Below, piece by piece: positions 25,801 to 39,311 of a DNA stretch of 64,000 nucleotides. The notes under the pieces are model-generated. The model saw only the letters and a program-made list of their open reading frames with translations, was not told the DNA's origin and ran no database searches. Location: NCBI GenBank assembly GCA_964057225.1, contig OZ059899.1:3100001-3164000 (forward strand), given 5' to 3'. The position numbers and the translations under genes are program-made. The stretch's first letter is position 1. Each line of letters starts with the position of its first letter. Origin of the DNA: Auanema rhodensis (Eukaryota; Animalia; Nematoda).

Positions 25801-28800
25801 TAAAAACATCTACTTTTTGCTAAATTATTTTGAAATTTTTCGAAAAAATTTTTGTCAAAATGTTTTTGGAAGCAATGTTGAGTGTACATGGAAACTCAAC
25901 ATACACTAATGCATCATTTTTCAAACGATCATAACTAATTTTTGTATTAAGCGTTTCTCAATGTAGTATAGTGCATTCGATGCGGATTTTTAAGCTGCGT
26001 CGATCTGTGTTATCAGATTTGCGCTAGCTTAAAAATGCACCGAGATATCAACTGATATAAGTTTACACTTATATCCTCGATTTTCACCCTGAAGAATTAA
26101 TTTTTTCGTTGAATAACATTGTCCATCGTCTTTGCCTTGAAAAAAGGAATCTAAAAACTTCTACTTTTTGCTAAATTATTTTGAAATTTTTCGAAAAATT
26201 TTTGTCAAAATGTTTTTGGAAGCAATGTTGAGTGTACATGGAAACTCAACATACACTAATGCATCATTTTTCAAACGATCATAACTAATTTTTGTATTAA
26301 GCGTTTCTCAATGTAGTATAGTGCATTCGATGCGGATTTTTAAGCTGCGTCGATCTGTGTTATCAGATTTGCGCTAGCTTAAAAATGCACCGAGATATCA
26401 ACTGATATAAGTTCACACTTATATCCTCGATTTTCACCCTAAAGAATTAATTTTTTCGTTAAATAACATTGTCCATCGTCTTTGCCTTGAAAAAAGGAAT
26501 CTAAAAACATCTACTTTTTGCTAAATTATTTTGAAATTTTTCGAAAAAATTTTTGTCAAAATGTTTTTGGAAGCAATGTTGAGTGTACATGGAAACTCAA
26601 CATACACTAATGCATCATTTTTCAAACGATCATAACTAATTTTTGTATTAAGCGTTCTTCCATGTAGTATAGTGCATTCGATGCGGATTTTTAAGCTGCG
26701 TCGATCTGTGTTATCAGATTTGCGCTAGCTTAAAAATGTACCGAGATATCAACTGATATAAGTTCACACTTATATCCTCGATTTTCACCCTGAAGAATTA
26801 ATTTTTTCGTTAAATAACATTGTCCATCGTCTTTGCCTTGAAAAAAGGAATCTAAAAACATCTACTTTTTGCTAAATTATTTTGAAATTTTTCGAAAAAA
26901 TTTTTGTCAAAATGTTTTTGGAAGCAATGTTGAGTGTAAATGGAAACTCAACATACACTAATGCATCATTTTTCAAACGATCATAACTAATTTTTGTATT
27001 AAGCGTTTCTCAATGTAGTATAGTGCATTCGATGCGGATTTTTAAGCTGCGTCGATCTGTGTTATCAGATTTGCGCTAGCTTAAAAATGTACCGAGATAT
27101 CAACTGATATAAGTTCACACTTATATCCTCGATTTTCACCCTGAAGAATTAATTTTTTCGTTGAATAACATTGTCCATCGTCTTTGCCTTGAAAAAAGGA
27201 ATCTAAAAACATCTACTTTTTGCTAAATTATTTTGAAATTTTTCGAAAAAATTTTTGTCAAAATGTTTTTGGAAGCAATGTTGAGTGTACATGGAAACTC
27301 AACATACACTAATGCATCATTTTTCAAACGATCATAACTAATTTTTGTATTAAGCGTTTCTCAATGTAGTATAGTGCATTCGATGCGGATTTTTAAGCTG
27401 CGTCGATCTGTGTTATCAGATTTGCGCTAGCTTAAAAATGCACCGAGATATCAACTGATATAAGTTTAAACTTATATCCTCGATTTTCACCCTGAAGAAT
27501 TAATTTTTTCGTTAAATAACATTGTCCATCGTCTTTGCCTTGAAAAAAGGAATCTAAAAACATCTACTTTTTGCTAAATTATTTTGAAATTTTTCGAAAA
27601 AATTTTTGTCAAAATGTTTTTGGAAGCAATGTTGAGTGTACATGGAAACTCAACATACACTAATGCATCATTTTTCAAACGATCGAAACTAATTTTTGTA
27701 TTAAGCGTTTCTCAATGTAGTATAGTGCATTCGATGCGGATTTTTAAGCTACGTCGATCTGTGTTATCAGATTTGCGCTAGCTTAAAAATGCACCGAGAT
27801 ATCAACTGATATAAGTTTACACTTATATCCTCGATTTTCACCCTGAAGAATTAATTTTTTCGTTGAATAACATTGTCCATCGTCTTTGCCTTGAAAAAAG
27901 GAATCTAAAAACATCTACTTTTTGCTAAATTATTTTGAAATTTTTCGAAAAAATTTTTGTCAAAATGTTTTTGGAAGCAATGTTGAGTGTACATGGAAAC
28001 TCAACATACACTAATGCATCATTTTTCAAACGATCATAACTAATTTTTGTATTAAGCGTTTCTCAATGTAGTATAGTGCATTCAATGCGGATTTTTAAGC
28101 TGCGTCGATCTGTGTTATCAGATTTGCGCTAGCTTAAAAATGTACCGAGATATCAACTGATATAAGTTCACACTTATATCCTCGATTTTCACCCTGAAGA
28201 ATTAATTTTTTCGTTAAATAACATTGTCCATCGTCTTTGCCTTGAAAAAAGGAATCTAAAAACATCTACTTTTTGCTAAATTATTTTGAAATTTTTCGAA
28301 AAAATTTTTGTCAAAATGTTTTTCGAAGCAATGTTGAGTGTACATGGAAACTCAACATACACTAATGCATCATTTTTCAAACGATCATAACTAATTTTTG
28401 TATTAAGCGTTCTTCCATGTAGTACAGTGCATTCGATGCGGATTTTTAAGCTGCGTCGATCTGTGTTATCAGATTTGCGCTAGCTTAAAAATGTACCGAG
28501 ATATCAACTGATATAAGTTCACACTTATATCCTCGATTTTCACCCTGAAGAATTAATTTTTTCGTTAAATAACATTGTCCATCGTCTTTGCCTTGTAAAA
28601 AGGAATCTAAAAACATCTACTTTTTGCTAAATTATTTTGAAATTTTTCGAAAAAATTTTTGTCAAAATGTTTTTGGAAGCAATGTTGAGTGTACATGGAA
28701 ACTCAACATACACTAATGCATCATTTTTCAAACGATCATAACTAATTTTTGTATTAAGCGTTTCTCAATGTAGTATAGTGCATTCGATGCGGATTTTTAA

Positions 28801-30887
28801 GCTGCGTCGATCTGTGTTATCAGATTTGCGCTAGCTTAAAAATGCACCGAGATATCAACTGATATAAGTTTAAACTTATATCCTCGATTTTCACCCTGAA
28901 GAATTAATTTTTTCGTTAAATAACATTGTCCATCGTCTTTGCCTTGAAAAAAGGAATCTAAAAACATCTACTTTTTGCTAAATTATTTTGAAATTTTTCG
29001 AAAAAATTTTTGTCAAAATGTTTTTGGAAGCAATGTTGAGTGTACATGGAAACTCAACATACACTAATGCATCATTTTTCAAACGATCATAACTAATTTT
29101 TGTATTAAGCGTTTCTCAATGTAGTATAGTGCATTCGATGCGGATTTTTAAGCTGCGTCGATCTGTGTTATCAGATTTGCGCTAGCTTAAAAATGCACTG
29201 AGATATCAACTGATATAAGTTTAAACTTATATCCTCGATTTTCACCCTGAAGAATTAATTTTTTCGTTAAATAACATTGTCCATCGTCTTTGCCTTGAAA
29301 AAAGGAATCTAAAAACATCTACTGTTTGCTAAATTATTTTGAAATTTTTCGAAAAAATTTTTGTCAAAATGTTTTTGGAAGCAATGTTGAGTGTACATGG
29401 AAACTCAACATACACTAATGCATCATTTTTCAAAAGATCATAACTAATTTTTGTATCAAGCGTTTTTTAATGTAGTATAGTGCATTCGATGCGGATTTTT
29501 AAGCTGCGTCGATCTGTGTTATCAGATTTGCGCTAGCTTAAAAATGCACCGAGATATCAACTGATATAAGTTCACACTTATATCCTCGAATTTCACCCTG
29601 AAGAATTAATTTTTTCGTTGAATAACATTGTCTATCGTCTTTGCCTTAAGAAATGGAATCTAAAAACATCTACTTTTTGCTAAATTATTTTGAAATTTTT
29701 CGAAAAAATTTTTGTCAAAATGTTTTTGGAAGCAATGTTGAGTGTACATGGAAACTCAACATACACTAATGCATCATTTTTCAAAAGATCATAACTAATT
29801 TTTGTATCAAGCGTTTTTCAATGTAGTATAGTGCATTCGATGCGGATTTTTAAGCTGCGTCGATCTGTGTTATCAGATTTGCGCTAGCTTAAAAATGCAC
29901 CGAGATATCAACTGATATAAGTTCACACTTATATCCTCGATTTTCACCCTGAAGAAATAATTTTTTCGTTGAATAACATTGTCCATCGTCTTTGCCTTGA
30001 AAAAAGGAATCTAAAAACATCTACTTTTTGCTAAATTATTTTGAAATTTTTCGAAAAAATTTTTGTCAAAATGTTTTTGGAAGCAATGTTGAGTGTACAT
30101 GGAAACTCAACATACACTAATGCATCATTTTTCAAAAGATCATAACTAATTTTTGTATCAAGCGTTTTTCAATGTAGTATAGTGCATTCGATGCGGATTT
30201 TTAAGCTGCGTCGATCTGTGTTATCAGATTTGCGCTAGCTTAAAAATGCACCGAGATATCAACTGATATAAGTTCACACTTATATCCTCGATTTTCACCC
30301 TGAAGAATTAATTTTTTCGTTGAATAACATTGTCTATCGTCTTTGCCTTGAGAAATGGAATCTAAAAACATCTACTTTTTGCTAAATTATTTTGAAATTT
30401 TTCGAAAAAATTTTTGTCAAAATGTTTTTGGAAGCAATGTTGAGTGTACATGGAAACTCAACATACACTAATGCATCATTTTTCAAAAGATCATAACTAA
30501 TTTTTGTATCAAGCGTTTTTTAATGTAGTATAGTGCATTCGATGCGGATTTTTAAGCTGCGTCGATCTGTGTTATCAGATTTGCGCTAGCTTAAAAATGC
30601 ACCGAGATATCAACTGATATAAGTTCACACTTATATCCTCGAATTTCACCCTGAAGAATTAATTTTTTCGTTGAATAACATTGTCTATCGTCTTTGCCTT
30701 GAGAAATGGAATCTAAAAACATCTACTTTTTGCTAAATTATTTTGAAATTTTTCGAAAAAATTTTTGTCAAAATGTTTTTGGAAGCAATGTTGAGTGTAC
30801 ATGGAAACTCAACATACACTAATGCATCATTTTTCAAAAGATCATAACTAATTTTTGTATCAAGCGTTTTTCAATGTAGTATAGTGC

Positions 30888-33800
30888 ATTCGATGCGGAT
30901 TTTTAAGCTGCGTCGATCTGTGTTATCAGATTTGCGCTAGCTTAAAAATGCACCGAGATGTCAACTGATATAAGTTCACACTTATATCCTCGATTTTCAC
31001 CCTGAAGAAATAATTTTTTCGTTGAATAACATTGTCCATCGTCTTTGCCTTGAAAAAAGGAATCTAAAAACATCTACTTTTTGCTAAATTATTTTGAAAT
31101 TTTTCGAAAAAATTTTTGTCAAAATGTTTTTGGAAGCAATGTTGAGTGTACATGGAAACTCAACATACACTAATGCATCATTTTTCAAAAGATCATAACT
31201 AATTTTTGTATCAAGCGTTTTTCAATGTAGTATAGTGCATTCGATGCGGATTTTTAAGCTGCGTCGATCTGTGTTATCAGATTTGCGCTAGCTTAAAAAT
31301 GCACCGAGATATCAACTGATATAAGTTCACACTTATATCCTCGATTTTCACCCTGAAGAATTAATTTTTTCGTTGAATAACATTGTCTATCGTCTTTGCC
31401 TTGAGAAATGGAATCTAAAAACATCTACTTTTTGCTAAATTATTTTGAAATTTTTCGAAAAAATTTTTGTCAAAATGTTTTTGGAAGCAATGTTGAGTGT
31501 ACATGGAAACTCAACATACACTAATGCATCATTTTTCAAAAGATCATAACTAATTTTTGTATCAAGCGTTTTTTAATGTAGTATAGTGCATTCGATGCGG
31601 ATTTTTAAGCTGCGTCGATCTGTGTTATCAGATTTGCGCTAGCTTAAAAATGCACCGAGATATCAACTGATATAAGTTCACACTTATATCCTCGAATTTC
31701 ACCCTGAAGAATTAATTTTTTCGTTGAATAACATTGTCTATCGTCTTTGCCTTGAGAAATGGAATCTAAAAACATCTACTTTTTGCTAAATTATTTTGAA
31801 ATTTTTCGAAAAAATTTTTGTCAAAATGTTTTTGGAAGCAATGTTGAGTGTACATGGAAACTCAACATACACTAATGCATCATTTTTCAAAAGATCATAA
31901 CTAATTTTTGTATCAAGCGTTTTTCAATGTAGTATAGTGCATTCGATGCGGATTTTTAAGCTGCGTCGATCTGTGTTATCAGATTTGCGCTAGCTTAAAA
32001 ATACACCGAGATATCAACTGATATAAGTTCACACTTATATCCTCGATTTTCACCCTGAAGAAATAATTTTTTCGTTGAATAACATTGTCCATCGTCTTTG
32101 CCTTGAAAAAAGGAATCTAAAAACATCTACTTTTTGCTAAATTATTTTGAAATTTTTCGAAAAAATTTTTGTCAAAATGTTTTTGGAAGCAATGTTGAGT
32201 GTACATGGAAACTCAACATACACTAATGCATCATTTTTCAAAAGATCATAACTAATTTTTGTATCAAGCGTTTTTCAATGTAGTATAGTGCATTCGATGC
32301 GGATTTTTAAGCTGCGTCGATCTGTGTTATCAGATTTGCGCTAGCTTAAAAATGCACCGAGATATCAACTGATATAAGTTCACACTTATATCCTCGATTT
32401 TCACCCTGAAGAATTAATTTTTTCGTTGAATAACATTGTCTATCGTCTTTGCCTTGAGAAATGGAATCTAAAAACATCTACTTTTTGCTAAATTATTTTG
32501 AAATTTTTCGAAAAAATTTTTGTCAAAATGTTTTTGGAAGCAATGTTGAGTGTACATGGAAACTCAACATACACTAATGCATCATTTTTCAAAAGATCAT
32601 AACTAATTTTTGTATCAAGCGTTTTTCAATGTAGTATAGTGCATTTGATGCGGATTTTTAAGCTGCGTCGATCTGTGTTATCAGATTTGCGCTAGCTTAA
32701 AAATGCACCGAGATATCAACTGATATAAGTTCACACTTATATCCTCGATTTTCACCCTGAAGAAATAATTTTTTCGTTGAATAACATTGTCCATCGTCTT
32801 TGCCTTGAAAAAAGGAATCTAAAAACATCTACTTTTTGCTAAATTATTTTGAAATTTTTCGAAAAAATTTTTGTCAAAATGTTTTTGGAAGCAATGTTGA
32901 GTGTACATGGAAACTCAACATACACTAATGCATCATTTTTCAAACGATCATAACTAATTTTTGTATCAAGCGTTTTTCAATGTAGTATAGTGCATTCGAT
33001 GCGGATTGTTAAGCTGCGTCGATCTGTGTTATCAGATTTGCGCTAGCTTAAAAATGCACCGAGATATCAACTGATATAAGTTCACACTTATATCCTCGAT
33101 TTTCACCCTGAAGAATTAATTTTTTCGTTGAATAACATTGTCTATCGTCTTTGCCTTGAGAAATGGAATCTAAAAACATCTACTTTTTGCTAAATTATTT
33201 TGAAATTTTTCGAAAAAATTTTTGTCAAAATGTTTTTGGAAGCAATGTTGAGTGTACATGGAAACTCAACATACACTAATGCATCATTTTTCAAAAGATC
33301 ATAACTAATTTTTGTATCAAGCGTTTTTCAATGTAGTATAGTGCATTCGATGCGGATTTTTAAGCTGCGTCGATCTGTGTTATCAGATTTGCGCTAGCTT
33401 AAAAATGCACCGAGATGTCAACTGATATAAGTTCACACTTATATCCTCGATTTTCACCCTGAAGAAATAATTTTTTCGTTGAATAACATTGTCCATCGTC
33501 TTTGCCTTGAAAAAAGGAATCTAAAAACATCTACTTTTTGCTAAATTATTTTGAAATTTTTCGAAAAAATTTTTGTCAAAATGTTTTTGGAAGCAATGTT
33601 GAGTGTACATGGAAACTCAACATACACTAATGCATCATTTTTCAAAAGATCATAACTAATTTTTGTATCAAGCGTTTTTCAATGTAGTATAGTGCATTCG
33701 ATGCGGATTTTTAAGCTGCGTCGATCTGTGTTATCAGATTTGCGCTAGCTTAAAAATGCACCGAGATATCAACTGATATAAGTTCACACTTATATCCTCG

Positions 33801-36800
33801 ATTTTCACCCTGAAGAATTAATTTTTTCGTTGAATAACATTGTCTATCGTCTTTGCCTTGAGAAATGGAATCTAAAAACATCTACTTTTTGCTAAATTAT
33901 TTTGAAATTTTTCGAAAAAATTTTTGTCAAAATGTTTTTGGAAGCAATGTTGAGTGTACATGGAAACTCAACATACACTAATGCATCATTTTTCAAAAGA
34001 TCATAACTAATTTTTGTATCAAGCGTTTTTTAATGTAGTATAGTGCATTCGATGCGGATTTTTAAGCTGCGTCGATCTGTGTTATCAGATTTGCGCTAGC
34101 TTAAAAATGCACCGAGATATCAACTGATATAAGTTCACACTTATATCCTCGAATTTCACCCTGAAGAATTAATTTTTTCGTTGAATAACATTGTCTATCG
34201 TCTTTGCCTTGAGAAATGGAATCTAAAAACATCTACTTTTTGCTAAATTATTTTGAAATTTTTCGAAAAAATTTTTGTCAAAATGTTTTTGGAAGCAATG
34301 TTGAGTGTACATGGAAACTCAACATACACTAATGCATCATTTTTCAAAAGATCATAACTAATTTTTGTATCAAGCGTTTTTCAATGTAGTATAGTGCATT
34401 CGATGCGGATTTTTAAGCTGCGTCGATCTGTGTTATCAGATTTGCGCTAGCTTAAAAATACACCGAGATATCAACTGATATAAGTTCACACTTATATCCT
34501 CGATTTTCACCCTGAAGAAATAATTTTTTCGTTGAATAACATTGTCCATCGTCTTTGCCTTGAAAAAAGGAATCTAAAAACATCTACTTTTTGCTAAATT
34601 ATTTTGAAATTTTTCGAAAAAATTTTTGTCAAAATGTTTTTGGAAGCAATGTTGAGTGTACATGGAAACTCAACATACACTAATGCATCATTTTTCAAAA
34701 GATCATAACTAATTTTTGTATCAAGCGTTTTTCAATGTAGTATAGTGCATTCGATGCGGATTTTTAAGCTGCGTCGATCTGTGTTATCAGATTTGCGCTA
34801 GCTTAAAAATGCACCGAGATATCAACTGATATAAGTTCACACTTATATCCTCGATTTTCACCCTGAAGAATTAATTTTTTCGTTGAATAACATTGTCTAT
34901 CGTCTTTGCCTTGAGAAATGGAATCTAAAAACATCTACTTTTTGCTAAATTATTTTGAAATTTTTCGAAAAAATTTTTGTCAAAATGTTTTTGGAAGCAA
35001 TGTTGAGTGTACATGGAAACTCAACATACACTAATGCATCATTTTTCAAAAGATCATAACTAATTTTTGTATCAAGCGTTTTTCAATGTAGTATAGTGCA
35101 TTTGATGCGGATTTTTAAGCTGCGTCGATCTGTGTTATCAGATTTGCGCTAGCTTAAAAATGCACCGAGATATCAACTGATATAAGTTCACACTTATATC
35201 CTCGATTTTCACCCTGAAGAAATAATTTTTTCGTTGAATAACATTGTCCATCGTCTTTGCCTTGAAAAAAGGAATCTAAAAACATCTACTTTTTGCTAAA
35301 TTATTTTGAAATTTTTCGAAAAAATTTTTGTCAAAATGTTTTTGGAAGCAATGTTGAGTGTACATGGAAACTCAACATACACTAATGCATCATTTTTCAA
35401 ACGATCATAACTAATTTTTGTATCAAGCGTTTTTCAATGTAGTATAGTGCATTCGATGCGGATTGTTAAGCTGCGTCGATCTGTGTTATCAGATTTGCGC
35501 TAGCTTAAAAATGCACCGAGATATCAACTGATATAAGTTCACACTTATATCCTCGATTTTCACCCTGAAGAATTAATTTTTTCGTTGAATAACATTGTCT
35601 ATCGTCTTTGCCTTGAGAAATGGAATCTAAAAACATCTACTTTTTGCTAAATTATTTTGAAATTTTTCGAAAAAATTTTTGTCAAAATGTTTTTGGAAGC
35701 AATGTTGAGTGTACATGGAAACTCAACATACACTAATGCATCATTTTTCAAAAGATCATAACTAATTTTTGTATCAAGCGTTTTTCAATGTAGTATAGTG
35801 CATTCGATGCGGATTTTTAAGCTGCGTCGATCTGTGTTATCAGATTTGCGCTAGCTTAAAAATGCACCGAGATGTCAACTGATATAAGTTCACACTTATA
35901 TCCTCGATTTTCACCCTGAAGAAATAATTTTTTCGTTGAATAACATTGTCCATCGTCTTTGCCTTGAAAAAAGGAATCTAAAAACATCTACTTTTTGCTA
36001 AATTATTTTGAAATTTTTCGAAAAAATTTTTGTCAAAATGTTTTTGGAAGCAATGTTGAGTGTACATGGAAACTCAACATACACTAATGCATCATTTTTC
36101 AAAAGATCATAACTAATTTTTGTATCAAGCGTTTTTCAATGTAGTATAGTGCATTCGATGCGGATTTTTAAGCTGCGTCGATCTGTGTTATCAGATTTGC
36201 GCTAGCTTAAAAATGCACCGAGATATCAACTGATATAAGTTCACACTTATATCCTCGATTTTCACCCTGAAGAATTAATTTTTTCGTTGAATAACATTGT
36301 CTATCGTCTTTGCCTTGAGAAATGGAATCTAAAAACATCTACTTTTTGCTAAATTATTTTGAAATTTTTCGAAAAAATTTTTGTCAAAATGTTTTTGGAA
36401 GCAATGTTGAGTGTACATGGAAACTCAACATACACTAATGCATCATTTTTCAAAAGATCATAACTAATTTTTGTATCAAGCGTTTTTTAATGTAGTATAG
36501 TGCATTCGATGCGGATTTTTAAGCTGCGTCGATCTGTGTTATCAGATTTGCGCTAGCTTAAAAATGCACCGAGATATCAACTGATATAAGTTCACACTTA
36601 TATCCTCGAATTTCACCCTGAAGAATTAATTTTTTCGTTGAATAACATTGTCTATCGTCTTTGCCTTGAGAAATGGAATCTAAAAACATCTACTTTTTGC
36701 TAAATTATTTTGAAATTTTTCGAAAAAATTTTTGTCAAAATGTTTTTGGAAGCAATGTTGAGTGTACATGGAAACTCAACATACACTAATGCATCATTTT

Positions 36801-38258
36801 TCAAAAGATCATAACTAATTTTTGTATCAAGCGTTTTTCAATGTAGTATAGTGCATTCGATGCGGATTTTTAAGCTGCGTCGATCTGTGTTATCAGATTT
36901 GCGCTAGCTTAAAAATACACCGAGATATCAACTGATATAAGTTCACACTTATATCCTCGATTTTCACCCTGAAGAAATAATTTTTTCGTTGAATAACATT
37001 GTCCATCGTCTTTGCCTTGAAAAAAGGAATCTAAAAACATCTACTTTTTGCTAAATTATTTTGAAATTTTTCGAAAAAATTTTTGTCAAAATGTTTTTGG
37101 AAGCAATGTTGAGTGTACATGGAAACTCAACATACACTAATGCATCATTTTTCAAAAGATCATAACTAATTTTTGTATCAAGCGTTTTTCAATGTAGTAT
37201 AGTGCATTCGATGCGGATTTTTAAGCTGCGTCGATCTGTGTTATCAGATTTGCGCTAGCTTAAAAATGCACCGAGATATCAACTGATATAAGTTCACACT
37301 TATATCCTCGATTTTCACCCTGAAGAATTAATTTTTTCGTTGAATAACATTGTCTATCGTCTTTGCCTTGAGAAATGGAATCTAAAAACATCTACTTTTT
37401 GCTAAATTATTTTGAAATTTTTCGAAAAAATTTTTGTCAAAATGTTTTTGGAAGCAATGTTGAGTGTACATGGAAACTCAACATACACTAATGCATCATT
37501 TTTCAAAAGATCATAACTAATTTTTGTATCAAGCGTTTTTCAATGTAGTATAGTGCATTTGATGCGGATTTTTAAGCTGCGTCGATCTGTGTTATCAGAT
37601 TTGCGCTAGCTTAAAAATGCACCGAGATATCAACTGATATAAGTTCACACTTATATCCTCGATTTTCACCCTGAAGAAATAATTTTTTCGTTGAATAACA
37701 TTGTCCATCGTCTTTGCCTTGAAAAAAGGAATCTAAAAACATCTACTTTTTGCTAAATTATTTTGAAATTTTTCGAAAAAATTTTTGTCAAAATGTTTTT
37801 GGAAGCAATGTTGAGTGTACATGGAAACTCAACATACACTAATGCATCATTTTTCAAACGATCATAACTAATTTTTGTATCAAGCGTTTTTCAATGTAGT
37901 ATAGTGCATTCGATGCGGATTGTTAAGCTGCGTCGATCTGTGTTATCAGATTTGCGCTAGCTTAAAAATGCACCGAGATATCAACTGATATAAGTTCACA
38001 CTTATATCCTCGATTTTCACCCTGAAGAATTAATTTTTTCGTTGAATAACATTGTCTATCGTCTTTGCCTTGAGAAATGGAATCTAAAAACATCTACTTT
38101 TTGCTAAATTATTTTGAAATTTTTCGAAAAAATTTTTGTCAAAATGTTTTTGGAAGCAATGTTGAGTGTACATGGAAACTCAACATACACTAATGCATCA
38201 TTTTTCAAAAGATCATAACTAATTTTTGTATCAAGCGTTTTTCAATGTAGTATAGTGC
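30888..38258. repeat. Higher-order repeat: 7 monomers (2457 bp) x3 (M89-95, M96-102, M103-109)
   Basis: Markers recur every 2457 bp: GAGATGTC (M89/96/103), CTCGAATTT (M91/98/105), AAATACACC (M92/99/106), CATTTGATG (M94/101/108), GATTGTTAA (M95/102/109). Confidence 0.93.
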
Positions 38259-39311
38259 ATTCGATGCGGATTTTTAAGCTGCGTCGATCTGTGTTATCAG
38301 ATTTGCGCTAGCTTAAAAATGCACCGAGATATCAACTGATATAAGTTCACACTTATATCCTCGATTTTCACCCTGAAGAATTAATTTTTTCGTTGAATAA
38401 CATTGTCTATCGTCTTTGCCTTGAGAAATGGAATCTAAAAACATCTACTTTTTGCTAAATTATTTTGAAATTTTTCGAAAAAATTTTTGTCAAAATGTTT
38501 TTGGAAGCAATGTTGAGTGTACATGGAAACTCAACATACACTAATGCATCATTTTTCAAACGATCATAACTAATTTTTGTATTAAGCGTTTCTCAATGTA
38601 GTATAGTGCATTCGATGCGGATTTTTAAGCTGCGTCGATCTGTGCTATCAGATTTGCGCTAGCTTAAAAATGCAGCGAGATATCAACTGATATAAGTTCA
38701 CACTTATATCCTCGATTTTCACCCTGAAGAAATAATTTTTTCGTTGAATAACATTGTCCATCGTCTTTGCCTTGAAAAAAGGAATCTAAAAACATCTACT
38801 TTTTGCTAAATTATTTTGAAATTTTTCGAAAAAATTTTTGTCAAAATGTTTTTGGAAGCAATGTTGAGTGTACATGGAAACTCAACATACACTAATGCAT
38901 CATTTTTCAAACGATCATAACTAATTTTTGTATCAAGCGTTTTTCAATGTAGTATAGTGCATTCGATGCGGATTGTTAAGCTGCGTCGATCTGTGTTATC
39001 AGATTTGCGCTAGCTTAAAAATGCACCGAGATATCAACTGATATAAGTTCACACTTATATCCTCGATTTTCACCCTGAAGAATTAATTTTTTCGTTGAAT
39101 AACATTGTCTATCGTCTTTGCCTTGAGAAATGGAATCTAAAAACATCTACTTTTTGCTAAATTATTTTGAAATTTTTCGAAAAAATTTTTGTCAAAATGT
39201 TTTTGGAAGCAATGTTGAGTGTACATGGAAACTCAACATACACTAATGCATCATTTTTCAAAAGATCATAACTAATTTTTGTATCAAGCGTTTTTCAATG
39301 TAGTATAGTGC

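Larger units (their letters stand above)
1..29269. repeat. Satellite subfamily/domain A (M1-M84)
   Basis: Monomers almost always end CAAACGATC...GTATTAAGCG followed by TTTCTCAA or TTCTTCCA. They segregate for G23A (CTACG), C64T (GTACC), C90T (TTTAC) and G137A (GTTAAA), none of which I see after 29.3 kb. Confidence 0.9.

Noticed and set aside
27584-27781. 65-aa ORF from the supplied track (MKFFEKIF...)
   Set aside because: It starts at TTG inside the satellite and is open only because a private AT>GA change at 27685-27686 in M79 removes the TAA present in the other monomers. It is plain satellite sequence with no recognisable domain.
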